Shown piece by piece: positions 22,820-35,561 of a stretch of DNA of 64,000 nucleotides. Position 1 is the stretch's first letter, and each line of letters begins with the position of its first letter. Where the stretch lies: assembly GCF_964204645.1 (NCBI RefSeq), contig NC_134026.1:28430150-28494149 (forward strand). Direction: 5' to 3'. The DNA comes from Tubulanus polymorphus (Eukaryota; Animalia; Nemertea). Under the pieces are notes generated by a model. It made no database searches and was not told the origin of the DNA. It saw only the letters and a program-made list of their open reading frames with translations. Made by a program: the position numbers and the translations under genes.

Positions 22820-23770
22820 TTATTTTGTTTGCTTCATGCAGCAAATCTTCGTACAGAAATATTCACGAATTTCTCGCCCCAGTAAAAGATATATGTAGAA
22901 ATTGACCACATAGTTGCACAATTGGAACTGTGTGAATACATCGAACAGAAATTCCCGCTGGTCCTCGGAGATTGGTAAGAATACAGCGATAGACGATGGT
23001 AGCGTGAAAATTGCGAATGCTAGTGAAACTGTTACAAGCATTATTGTCGTACGTTTTGCTTTCGTAGTTTTCTTATCAGACGAAATCATTTCTGAACCTC
23101 TGAACAACTGAACTACTATAACACAATTTGATGTTATAATCAAAACTAAAGGTAGCAGGTAAACATACACCACAAATGTCATGAAATATATAAATTGGCC
23201 AAATATTTCATAGAAGCATCCAAACTGGTCATAAAAATCCATTATTACTCCTGGGTATAAACCAACTACTAATGTGTTCATTACGAAAATAATAACAATC
23301 GTACATCGGGCGAATCTAGGTGTACATATCAAACGAGATGTGAACGGGAAGAGCACAACCGCCGCACGTTCTAGAGATATCGCCACTATTAACCACGAAC
23401 TGTTTGATGATATCAATCCCATAAAAATTTCATAGATTTGACAACTGATCAGTGATCTCATGATCGGCCCGATTCTTACGCGCAATAAGACAAATTGCAA
23501 CACCGGCATCAACGTAAAATCGAGACAAAACACAAAATCACTCGCGGACAAAACGATCAGATAATTAGCGTAAGATAAACTGCGGAATCTACGACTTATC
23601 ATTATCAGAAAGGTAGCTGAATTCCCAAAGGCTCCCAACAACAACAGGACAAGGAGAATGACCAATGTCAAGGTACGGTAGCTTCCAGACTTGTGTGCAA
23701 CAGTCAACAGGACGATGTAACTGTTGTAAGGTCGACCAACTATCAGCAACTCAGTAGTAGAATTCATCAT
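22820..23770 (-). CDS. Intronless rhodopsin-family (class A) GPCR, peptide-receptor-like orphan
   Basis: Seven hydrophobic segments with TM1 GAFGN, TM2 YLIVLSASD, TM3 WLIVAISLERA, TM5 LP, TM6 FAIFTLP and TM7 NYVVNFYIY, plus C-terminal cysteines. Confidence 0.9.
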   Translation of the reverse strand: MMNSTTELLIVGRPYNSYIVLLTVAHKSGSYRTLTLVILLVLLLLGAFGNSATFLIMISRRFRSLSYANYLIVLSASDFVFCLDFTLMPVLQFVLLRVRIGPIMRSLISCQIYEIFMGLISSNSSWLIVAISLERAAVVLFPFTSRLICTPRFARCTIVIIFVMNTLVVGLYPGVIMDFYDQFGCFYEIFGQFIYFMTFVVYVYLLPLVLIITSNCVIVVQLFRGSEMISSDKKTTKAKRTTIMLVTVSLAFAIFTLPSSIAVFLPISEDQREFLFDVFTQFQLCNYVVNFYIYLLLGREIREYFCTKICCMKQTK

Positions 23771-25129
23771 GTTCAAAGCCACGTTGCATCCGCGAACTGA
23801 GTGACACAAGTAGATTTGATATATTTATTATAAAATTTCAGCCTTGTTCGATTTTTGAATGAAAAACATTAAACACGATTTTCTTTTGTAAACCTTTTAA
23901 CCGTTTGAAATTGACTGGTGACAGTGATGTCACACTGTGAGGAATAAACTGTCTGTTTCAGATATTGACACATTTTTTTAACGGCAAAAGCAATCAACAC
24001 AGTCACAATAAACTCTCATACATCAAATCGGGATTCATTTGTTACGTGAAATTATCTGATCTCACAATTCAATTTTGTGAAAGTGAATTGAATGAATTCT
24101 TTGTGGAATTTAATTTTGTAAAATTTCTAAACTAAATTGAAAGTGATTTCCAAACCCAAATGAGATTGTCAAATTACTTTTGATGTTGAATATAAAGTAT
24201 CAGATCTTTCATCAGTTCTACAATAGGAGCAAATACATAAGAAGAATTGCATTTGTAAAGTATCAACAAAAATGATCTATCAGAATCAAGATCTTGGCCC
24301 AAATCCCTGAATAGGCTCAAATGGCTCACAGCTTCACGTTCTAAAGACTGCTAAAGGCCAACTGCTCAACCAACTGCTCATCGCATCCAACGCCGGACTA
24401 GGACTTCCGATTTCGAAGTACTCCAAGTTCGACCTTCATCGTTTATCATACCGCTTATTCTAATATTCTATTCCTTTCAAAATAATGAACAACAAGGCTG
24501 ATATTATGACTAAAACATTTATTTTTTGACTCTTCAGACATTCAAACATACTCCAGATGATTTAGTGGTATAGTTTTTCCATCATTATTAGAAGTTGAGT
24601 TACAAAAGGTTCAATCGATAACGTCCACGTGGATGACAACGTAAACACAAGTTAACAGAAGCTAATCCAAAAATGATTAATTCATGAGGCGGAAGCAAAG
24701 TAACGATTGCCTTGTTGTAAGAGGATAAAATTCCTCTAAAAGTTTTACGTTTGGAGCAAGGGGGGCCGAAACTGAAACTTCACTCTCCGCTCGGGTTCTA
24801 CATGACATTCTAAAAAGAGAAAAGGGCTTAACATCGACACAGCGATGCGATGTGACTAACCACCTTACCACCTGGCTGGCTCCTGTCCGCGGTGGGTGCT
24901 GTGCGATGGTCTAAGTTAATGCCTCCGAACGTCGCTCTGTCAGTTCATCACCACAGACATCGCGTCAACTTCGAACGATATGACACTTTTCATTAAAATT
25001 CGACGTTTTCTCCAAAAATATTTTCTCTCTTTACTCGATTACGTTCACACTTCAAGTATCTTTGATCTGAGGGTAAAAATTCGGTGAGCCTCACAACAAA
25101 AAACATTTATTTTAGTGATTGTACTTTTG

Positions 25130-28100
25130 TCAGTAACCACCGAACAGCTTCATGTTTCTCGTAATCCAAGACTGAAATTGCGAGACGTTTGCGTAAAATC
25201 CATAACGACCAGACTGCGAGCACCCGTCTCCCCAACTGACCAGTCCCACAAGAAAAAATGTATTGTTATATTTCACCGTAAGTGGTCCGCCACTGTCTCC
25301 TTTACAGGCGTCAGCTGCACCCTGAATACCATAGCCAGCGCAAAACATTTCATCAGTGACCACCGAATCCGTGGCATTTATACACACAGACTGCTCAACG
25401 ATGGGAACTTTTACAACATGTAGATTCTTAGGTCTCGGGCCGTCTTGGCCGAGTCTACCCCATCCACTGACCGTCCCTAGTTGACCCGGGCGTAGAGCAA
25501 CGGGATCCGCCGCGTAACAAACTGGCCTGACATAATCGTTGTAAGTAATAGACGTGGCTAGTTTGATGAGAGCGATGTCGTTGTTGTAGGGAACATCGTC
25601 GAAAAATTGATGCATGATGTAGTTTGATGCGACGTAAGTCTGTTCAGCTTTGTCCGCAAACGCGCTCAAAGACCAGGCGTGTCTCCCAACAACTATACGC
25701 AATTCGGATGGTTTCAGATTTCGCCCGTACAGAGCGGCGTATCCGGCAAAACAATGGGCTGCAGTCAAAACCCAACGGTCGTTTATTATAACCCCGCTAC
25801 AGAATTGGTCCCCTAAGTCATCTAGTAACATTGCCTGCCACGGGATGCTCCCTCTTACCGCCTCAGAACCGCTGACAATCAGTCCAGTTTGTTCGTTGTC
25901 GGTTTGTTCGCGAATGGCAACGGTGCCACAAACTATAGGATGTAGATAATTGATATTGATTATCATTTGAATATAGAAGACCAAATCTAATGTATTCACG
26001 ATTTTCGAGTTATACTTACTCTGACCTAATCGACCATAAACGGTCAAGGTGGCTTTGACAGCTTTTTGGCAGTTCCCGCGATTCTTGATAAGGACGCATT
26101 TGTATTCACCGGCATCTTCTTCGGTTATATTCGTGATGTAAATGTAGGAATTGACCAGTTTCTGAACTCGGTTATCCGCTACTATTTCGGTATTGTTATG
26201 ATACCAGCGAACCGAGTCGATATGATCCGCGTAACATTCGAGAAACAAAGACTTTCCAGTCATGACGGCTTTATTCATCGGGGCCTCCCGAATTTCTGAA
26301 AAAAAAAACAATAAGAAATTTAAATTTCTGTTAATGGCCGTAAATGAGTTTTGTCTTATTCAGTACACGTTTGTAGTTGCGGAATTGCTAGACATGCTCT
26401 ATACCAAATCTAAATTAACAAATTAGAATATTTTTTGTTGTTATCACATTATTAGAATACGGTACCTATGTTACAGGGGGTATCAATGTCGTCACTTGTC
26501 AACCAGGCATGGGTCATTGCGCTTGAACCGGAAGTATCACGTGCCACACATGTATATTTTCCAAGGTTTTCAGCTTTCACTTCCGTTATTCTCAAAACAC
26601 CTCCGCGCAAAATATGCACACCCGTCATCCTCGCTTGGAACACAACTGGAGTGTCGTTATGTAGCCTGTTTTCAAAATAAAGATCCAATACTTCTCAACA
26701 AATTGCCATATGGTAAATTTATTGCATTGGTTTATAATAAATTAAGAATGCAAACAGCAAGTAGTCGTGGCCGAGCGGTTAAGGCGATGGACTAGAAATC
26801 CATTGGGATCTTCCCGCGCAGGTTCGAATCCTGCCGACTACGAACTTTTTGAATTTATTAAGGACACATTGCATGCAGCTTATGGTTGTCATTTTACCAG
26901 CTGATCCTACTATATGATTGTGTTCGGCATTGTAGATTGACATCATCCCCAATTCGTACGGTCTGATTCTTTGGTTCACGAATGAACCAGTGACTTGACG
27001 CAGGGCTACCGTTTCCTTCAATTACTGGTTTTCGGAGTTCGTTTGTCTTTCTTCTTTGTGGCAAAGTTGGCAGATGACCTTAATTAAGGAAAAATACCTT
27101 ATTCGTGAAGAATGTTACATTGATTGTTAATGTGGAAATCCTGTTATTTTGAATATCGTACTCGGGCATCTGAGAAAATTACAGCCTCTTATTTGATACG
27201 TGACTTCATCGTAATCACACTGGTTTGAGAGCGTCAGACCATCCGAAGATAAACAGGTTCTGGTGCGGCTCTGTTGTCCGAGACCGCACGATCTGGTGCA
27301 AGGCGACCATTTGGTCCATTCCGACAAAAATGCTCCATCTAAAAAATCATTCGAGAGATCGCATAAACACATTAACTGACAAGAGAGGATTCCTACAAAA
27401 TTACAATATGGCCATTTTCGAAATGGCCCTATAGAGTCAAAGTGATTTCTAAACATATTTTTTTGTCATTTCGAACAGACCAATCATACCTTGATCACAG
27501 CATGGACCAGTTTTACCGGCTCGACAAATACATTTGTGCTCCCACACTGACCAGTCACCGTATCGACAAATACTTCCACAGGGTTCGCTTTCATCCAAAT
27601 CGAGTTTCGATTGTTGACAATATCGTAACTTCTGGTCAAGACTCTGCCACATCCACGAGCAAATACCACGTGATCGGACCCGCGTACCTCCGCCGCATGT
27701 TCTTTTAGTAGAAAAAGTTCAAATGTTACTCAAATCCCCCGTTTTCTTCCCGGAAGATGTGGTAATTTTGTAAAGGACACATAAATTGAACGTAACATCG
27801 ATCAATCAAATAAATATTCATATAAGAAGGGTAATTCTTTATCTTGAAAATAGATGAAACACGGAAGTAACATATATATAATTTTTTCCTCTCGATATAG
27901 GGTCGACCAAGCGAACATTGAAAAGAATGAGTTAACAATATAAATTAGGCCTTATAACATGTGTTCAAATTTACTTATCATTCTATACTCTAATGATCTA
28001 AACAAAAATATATGCAAAAGATTTCGTACGTATAGATTGTACATTAAGTTGCAATTTATATAAAGTTACTGACACTTAAGGGTTTGGCGATAACAACCCG

Positions 28101-28267
28101 AAAAATGAAAGGTAAGGAAATCAAAAAAGAAGTGATAAAAATACATACGCGGAACATTCACTCCAGGAATTCCAAGTCGACCAAGAACACAGTCTGAAAC
28201 AAAACCGTAGACTTTCTGCACATCTTATACCAACCAGAATATAACATATAACCAGAATGAATCTCAT
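25130..28267 (-). CDS. Secreted modular serine protease: signal peptide-TSP1-EGF-like-TSP1-Ig-Ig-trypsin domain
   Basis: Exons 28267-28149, 27701-27490, 27338-27162, 27078-26898, 26665-26466, 26295-26020, 25932-25130. Contains WSTWNSWSECSATCGGG and WTKWSPCTRSCGLG (TSP1), two Ig domains, the triad TAAHC / DIAL / GDSGGP and an S1 Asp (DACKGDS). Confidence 0.9.
26761..26842 (+). tRNA. tRNA-Ser(AGA)
   Basis: GTAGTCG/CGACTAC acceptor stem, TGGCCGAGCGG A box, CTAGAAA anticodon loop, long variable arm, GGTTCGAATCC B box and a T-run terminator. Confidence 0.97.
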
Positions 28268-30593
28268 GTCTCGATTGTGTGACGTGTCGAGATCGTTTTC
28301 TTCCTAGAAGCCTTCATTTTAAAACGACCCAGGTATGGTAGTAATTAAATCGTTCACAGCACGCATATGACGATCACCGTGACGGCTGATTTCTGACTAG
28401 ACCGAACACAGTATAACAGTACATCGACTGAAAGCTAACCCTGCACGTGTATTACGCTGTAAGGAAGTCAGTGTTTTTCTGCGACGCAAAATACATCGAT
28501 AGACGTGGTCGCGACTCGTTTCCGTAGACTGCGCTTGAAACACTTAGGATGATTGCTCGACAAAGCTACGAGCTTCTTTGTTTACTGAAATAAAATGTCC
28601 TGGCGTATAAGAGATATTTCGAATGTAGGAAAAAATGTCCAAGGATACAACACCCGAGGAAAAATGTCCGAAAATATTTCCACGGAAATATTCTCCTAAT
28701 TTGTAAATTAGGGAATATGTCCCAGCCTTACTTACTTGGTAATCTAGTAAATTTCACACCATAATTACATCAGACAGACAAATATCTGATAGGCATAGGT
28801 CACAATATACATGTTGGTTAAATCATAGACTCTAAAATGATCCTTATGGAGGGGCCTGTTTGTTCTAGGTCATCAATGGTTAAATGATATCTGGCGCATA
28901 TTCGCTGTTACAAAACCGCACAAAATGGTGAGCCATAAAAACTGATAATGATCTAATCTTTTTGCGTTGCGAAATAAGATGAATTTTTTTTTAACAAACA
29001 AAACAAACAGTGCAAATTTTATATAGATTGGATAATTGTGATATAATACGTGGTTTTTAAACTGCAAATTGTGACATTTTTCCTGGGACACATTTCCCAT
29101 GGAAATCTTATTCTGGGACTTAATGTAATCAATCGATCTCTTAGTGAACAACGTTTTGGGTGAAAATAGTATCCATCGTAAGATGTATTACTCCATCTTA
29201 GTAGCTGATCTTATTTAGTTTCCTTATCATTGCAAGTAAATAGCTTAAGTTTGAATACTAATCAATACTACCATTCGACCGATAGGGCGCTTTATGACTA
29301 GGGATGCATTTCAAACAAAAAAGGCTGCACGATTGAGAATGCCTCTTCAGATAATTTTATTGCTCGTGAGAATAATAATCACCCATTCTGATATATAGGT
29401 CACTGTTATTGACGCGACCACACTTGAATTGAAAACTTTCTTAACGTGTTTGATGATCGCGACAAGTGACAGAAAAAACTTTACCAACGAACATTTACGT
29501 TTATGAAATACAAGGCAATAAGTAAGTAGAAATAATGTATATACTAGTATTCAGATATAATGGCGTTTGCAATTCATTTTATATTCATATATAAATCAAG
29601 TTTCGGTTTGATGTGGATCTTCATGAATTGATTTTACTGTAAACTGAAATACGCGATCTTATGCAATTGCTGACGTGAGGTACATAATATCCAAAGCTAG
29701 GAAATTATCATTTAGGATTTCATCCAGACTATCCTAGATATTCTCGTGGCCAGCGAGCAACAGTTATTCATCAGAAAAATTTCTAAAATCTTTTTTTTTA
29801 AATATCGTTGATTGGTAATTTAGGTCATCAGTTGTCACATAAATAAAATCGTAGTAAGTTATCAGATACATACAACGACAATGGTGTTTTTATGCGACAG
29901 ATGTGATTCGTATTCGCCCTATATCCGATTATAGGGATTTACTAGTGTTTGTACACACCACGTTCAGCCTGCTAAAGGTGATATTCCAATGAGATGGATT
30001 TATGTAGATTTAAATATCTATCATTTTGCTGAAATCGGTGTATGGATAATACGTTAATGCCAGATACTATAGGTAAGGTTAGGTAGAGTCGATTGTACTT
30101 TTCAGATATTGTTGTAAAAACAAAAGCTAAAATCAATTCATCAAATTTACAACGCCCTCTGTGTTCACCTCTGATGTCCATCTATTCCACCACGTTTCAT
30201 CTCTTAGATACAGCTATAGGCGGAAACAAATACCGACTATAACATGTTTATGATAATTGTGGATTTCAAAAAAAAAAAAAAAATGAACTCGTCTCGATTC
30301 AATCAGATCCCGATTTTGACCGTGAAAATTGTTAACCAGATCCAATCTGCCGTACGTCAGTCGCTATTGGGCATTGTTTATCAACTCTATCGAGATTCTA
30401 TTTGCTCTATTAGCACTATCGGCGTCCAGTTCCTTGTGTAAACTTCGTCCAAAAGTTCAAAGGTCTCTTCATTTTAACAGTCTAAATAGATTCAAAATGC
30501 GATACTAACACCAAATACGTTTATTCAACCTAGGACACCAATACCGATTCGATCTTCATTAGGGAGTTATTGTTTTTGTGTGAGGGTGTCACC

Positions 30594-33500
30594 ATGTCGA
30601 TGGTGAGAGCCGTGTTGAAATGGTGGAAGCTGTATGTGGCGGTATTGCTTCCTTTCCTGTTGTTGCCGATACCGCTTGTATATCAATACTCGGTAAGTGA
30701 CCAGCATGATGATTTGTGATGAAGAATTTCAAAAATAAACTTATTTCTACCTGCTTTTTAGCTGAATCCAATAAATGTTCATTTCTATTCAATTGTCTAG
30801 GAAGTAAAATGTGCATACATCTTGTTATTGATGGCTGTTTTTTGGATGTTTGAGATACTTCCACTAGCAGTGACAGCATTATTGCCTATAGTACTAGTGC
30901 CATTATTTGGCATAGTTGAAGCGAAGAAAGTCGCTCCTAATTACATGAAGGCAAGTTCTCTCCATTTGGTTACATTTATTTCGCATTTCAGATATATGCA
31001 ATATAGTATATAATCATATATTGTACACCATAAATAGTAAACAGCTGCGTTTCACCCGTATATACACTGCGATATAACCCCATCTTGCTACATAAATAGT
31101 TGGTTGATTAGTTATGATATAAAACTGTTAACGTTTGTTATGATGGCGATAAATCCCAGTAAGTATAATTACTCCATAAACGCAACCTTTATAGTAGATG
31201 GATTTAAAAAAAAATCCTGATCTTACTAAACTTGCTTCTGCCCAAAGCCATTTGCCATAATCGCATTTCAAGGTTAATTCTATACATTTTCTAGCAAAGT
31301 TAGTTGCATCTGATTCAGAATCTGATAACGGGAGTCAGTTCAACCTGGAATTGAATCAGTGAAAATGAATATTTAAGTTCTCCATTTTGCGAACAATGTG
31401 CCCTAATGCTCAAGCTAGTTCTGAAATTCACAAATTGATCAAAAGCGTAATATGATCTCGTTCATCATTCTTGTAGGACACAAACATGTTGTTTTTAGGG
31501 GGTTTGATGATGGCAATTTGTATAGAAAACTGGTCGCTTCACAAACGTATAGCACTGAAAGTACTTCAACTCGTCGGCACTAAACCCCGATGGTATGTAA
31601 TATATGTAATGAAACTATTCGTCGTCTCATCAAGTGTATACTTGCATTGTTTGCTAATATTCGGGACCCTGGAAAATTGGGGTAATTTGATCTTTCGTTC
31701 TAACTTGATTTGAAGAAAAGTGTAGAACAAGTAGGTTAAACTCAGTTCTGATATCAAATAATAATGTTATTTTGTTATTGGGTTCCGATTGAATTCTGTA
31801 CTGAATTGATTTTTGGATTTGTACGTTCTATTCCAGGTTGATGTTAGGTTTCATGTTACCGACTTGGTTTTTATCAATGTGGATCAGTAACACTGCAACT
31901 ACTGCTATGATGGTACCGATAGTCGGTGCCGTTCTACAACAAATAAAAATAGGGTCCGAGAAAAGGTCGTTGAAGTATCAGAATAGCGTTGTTTTATCAG
32001 GTCCGTCATAAGCCGATGAATTGAGATACGTACGCATGAATCAATGATTTTTTCCTGAATGAATATTGAAAATCTACGGATTTTCAGATTTTCCAGAAAG
32101 TACGGAGAATACAGGGTGTATTAATGAGGCTGTTGTACCGGCGGAAGGCCTGACTCGGATAGAAACTGCAAAAGAGGAATTAGCGTAAGTTTTAACGGAT
32201 TTCTATCGTGAGGATCGATTACTCTGCACGAAGGTGGTGTCGGATCGGTCGTTTTGTATTATAGCTTTGCAGTGTCAGTACACGTGATATCTTTGGTACA
32301 TTTCCATGTCTATGGTTCATGTCTATGGTTGCTTCGATCCAATGGTAATGGAGTTCTGCTTTCCAAGTTGTCTACCTTCCTCTTATTGAATATGCCACCA
32401 GAAAATATTTCTTTCAGTTTTGAAATGTCACTTGCTAGTGGTGGCTGTGATCTGCTTTACAAGTTTATGAATGTAAGGAATTTTTATTACGCACAGTTCA
32501 TCACCAGAATCTGTCACCCCGTCGCTATCAACAAGTCGTCACTCAATCAACACTCACGCCAGTACTCCCTCACTCGGACATTCGGTGACAAATAGTCAAG
32601 CAAATATAGTCACTGAGAGGTAAAACGTATGATCTGCTTGTTTACCTCTTCTGTGTATTATAGACAAAGCCTAGTACTAATCAAATCTTTTGACCGTACG
32701 AACCTTCACTTACCTTACACACTCGAAGAAACTTCTCCAGTGTCTTACAATTAAATGCATCATTACACAGCTTCTAATCAGATATATGTACGTGATCTTT
32801 CATGATTTACCCTGTTTTAATTTCTGAAACTCAACCATTTCCTAATTAACCTGTGTGTCAAATTTATTTTCAAGCGCTCTTAGTACTGCCTTAGAACTAT
32901 CAATCTTAGTACTCTCTCTAATTCGATGATTTTCAAACTTTCAAGCTTTGTGAAGTGTTAAAAAGTTGAAAATTGATTGAACGATTAAAAAAGTATAGAG
33001 AGACAATGCTCTAGATATGCACAGGTAAGAAATGTACGTAATTTATGTGGAGATAAAGGAAAAATATAAAGTAGAACTTCGTTGATACGAATCTTGTGGG
33101 CAAAAGTGAAATTTTCGTTTTATCCACAGTTTGATAGATATAGATATCATAGCTGGGACATGCTGGAAATCATCGTCATAAACGGGTTTCGTCTTAACCC
33201 TTTCAGTGCGTCTACACCGCAGTGCGGTGTATAAATCAGTGATGGATTTTGCTAGTACACCGCACTGCGGTGTATTGATGTAATTAGTAATTTGTAATTA
33301 TCTCTATTGAAAAATGGCAGCAAGTGTCAAACATAGTGAAATGATAGTAACTAACGATACACCGCACTGCGGTGTAGACGCACTATAGTGGTATGCCCAT
33401 TGTTCAACACACTAGGGTGAAATTTTTGAGAATTTTCAAATTTTCTCCAGCACTATAGGGTACTAATTAGTCAGCACTGAAAGGGTTAAACAGAATCGTA

Positions 33501-35561
33501 TTAACAAGGTTCAACTGCAACGACAAATGATAAGCGATCAAATTGCAATATTTCGGGTTCGTTAACCTCACAAAGGCGAATTATCTCTCTCCGTAGCACG
33601 CTGACCAGTGATAACACTTCAGATACCGAAGATGCGGAATATAAAAGTCTATGTAAAGCAATGTTTCTGTGTATCGCGTATGCGGCGAACGCTGGTGGCA
33701 TTTCGACTTTGACGGGTACCCCGCCTAACTTGGTTTTAACTGGACAACTCGGTGTGTAAGTAACAAAAGTGTGCATTGTGTAGTGCTTTTTTTTCTTTTT
33801 TTTATTACTGATTGATAATAGCATATTTCGTCAGTTTTTTTCGGTATTTTCCAGACTGTTTAAAGGTGATACCGGAATAAACTTCACTACATGGATGGCG
33901 TTTGCATTACCTGTGTCTTTCATCGTGCTAATCCTGTGCTGGACCTGGCTGCAAATTTACTTCATCGGCTGCAAAGCGTGAGTGTTTAGTTTCTGATAGA
34001 AAAATACCGTTTTTCAGATTAATAGCATCTTCTTTTGTTTTGATATTGTAGAACATGTACTGGCTGTTTCAACTGTAAAACTACAGAGAATGACATGAAA
34101 GTCAAAGCTGTCATACAAGAGGAATATCGACGCTTGGGCAAAATGACGTAATACAAAGTTTGATTAAATATAGCGAACAGAATTCACAATTTTGCACGTG
34201 CATGTTCATTTTTCATTTTTCTTTTCTCTAGGTGGGCGCAGTTAACGAGTCTGATATTTTTCATCACTCTCGCAGCGCTTTGGTTAACTAGAAGCCCAAA
34301 ATTCATGCCCGGTTGGGGCGATGCATTTCTCAATGCTGACGGTAAAAGGTAATAATAGATGTAAACTGGATATTTGTATTTTAGGGAGTGTGATGAACTA
34401 ACCCATTTTCGCTTGAATATTTTCAGTTATGTCTCCGATTCAACCGCAGCCATTTTGATCTCAGTCATCTTGTTTATAATCCCGTCCGAGGTTCCGTCGT
34501 GTGGTAAGCATTCTGGAGCTTGAAAACAATATTGTCTTCGGAGCATTTAATAATATTGGAGAAACTATGATTAATTGCTTCGCTCCATATTCAAATACAG
34601 ATCCTTCAAAACCGGTACCACCTTCTCTGTTAGACTGGGAGACACTGACGCACAAAATGCCATGGAACATATTAATTCTGCTAGGTGGCGGATTCGCTAT
34701 TGCAGACGCTTCACAGGTATTCATTCCTACGTTCAAAACATCTAAAGCGGCGGGCGTAGGTCGCAGGCTGTTTACGATACAACGCGATCGTCGTGACGGT
34801 GTGCGACTAGTCCCGCATTAACATTACATTTTTCTTTCCTTATCAGAAATCCGGTTTGTCAGAATGGATCGGTCTCAAACTAGCGGGTCTTTCAGCTTTA
34901 CCAATTTGGGTTATGGTACTGATCATCACGACGATAATAGCGATGTTAACTGAAGTTACCAGTAACACGGCAACGGCCACTTTAATGTTGCCTATTCTGG
35001 CTGAAATGGTAAACTATTGATTAAAGCTGTTAACCATTGGCGCTTTCTCAAGATCGTGAAAAAATGCAATTAGACATCGATTTCATTTATTCCACAGGCA
35101 GAATCTATTCAACTCAACCCATTGTATTTAATGTTACCCGCCACTGTCGCTGCATCCTTCGCGTTTATGTTACCCGTGGCGACGCCTCCAAATGCTATAG
35201 TTTTTGCTTCCGGTCATCTGCGGATTAAAGATATGGTATATATATATATACATACGTAAAAGATATTCCCTTAATGTCAAACAGCTGGAAGATAGCTCAA
35301 ATCCATCAGATATGGGCGGAGAAATATGTTGTGAATGAAATAGGTTTCAATTCATTTTTGATGATGTTATTATTTTTTGTTTAGGCATTGGCAGGTATTG
35401 TGATGAATATATTCGCCATATTTACAGTGACGTTAGGAGTGTGCACGTGGGGCAGATCACTTTTTACTTTAGACGTTTATCCACCCTGGGCTGCTCAGAT
35501 CGCGAACGTCACGACCTTGGCACCGAAAGTAACGTTACCTACAAATCTCACGACCCCTTAG
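30594..35561 (+). CDS. SLC13 family Na+/dicarboxylate-citrate (DASS) cotransporter
   Basis: Exons 30594-30692, 30801-30950, 31477-31592, 31837-32000, 32088-32184, 33597-33755, 33855-33977, 34052-34147, 34232-34348, 34427-34503, 34601-34716, 34847-35008, 35098-35235, 35385-35561. Motifs [43 protein letters not shown] and ATPPNAIVF. Confidence 0.95.
33198..33485. mobile_element. piggyBac-type MITE in SLC13 intron 5
   Basis: TTAA on both sides (33194-33197, 33486-33489), 12-bp TIR CCCTTTCAGTGC/GCACTGAAAGGG, and three internal TACACCGCA(G/C)TGCGGTGTA palindromes. Confidence 0.85.

Noticed and set aside
25933-26019. Read-through peptide in the 393-aa ORF 25130-26311
   Set aside because: It is an 87-nt stop-free intron (GTAAGT...TAG) between the Ig and protease exons.
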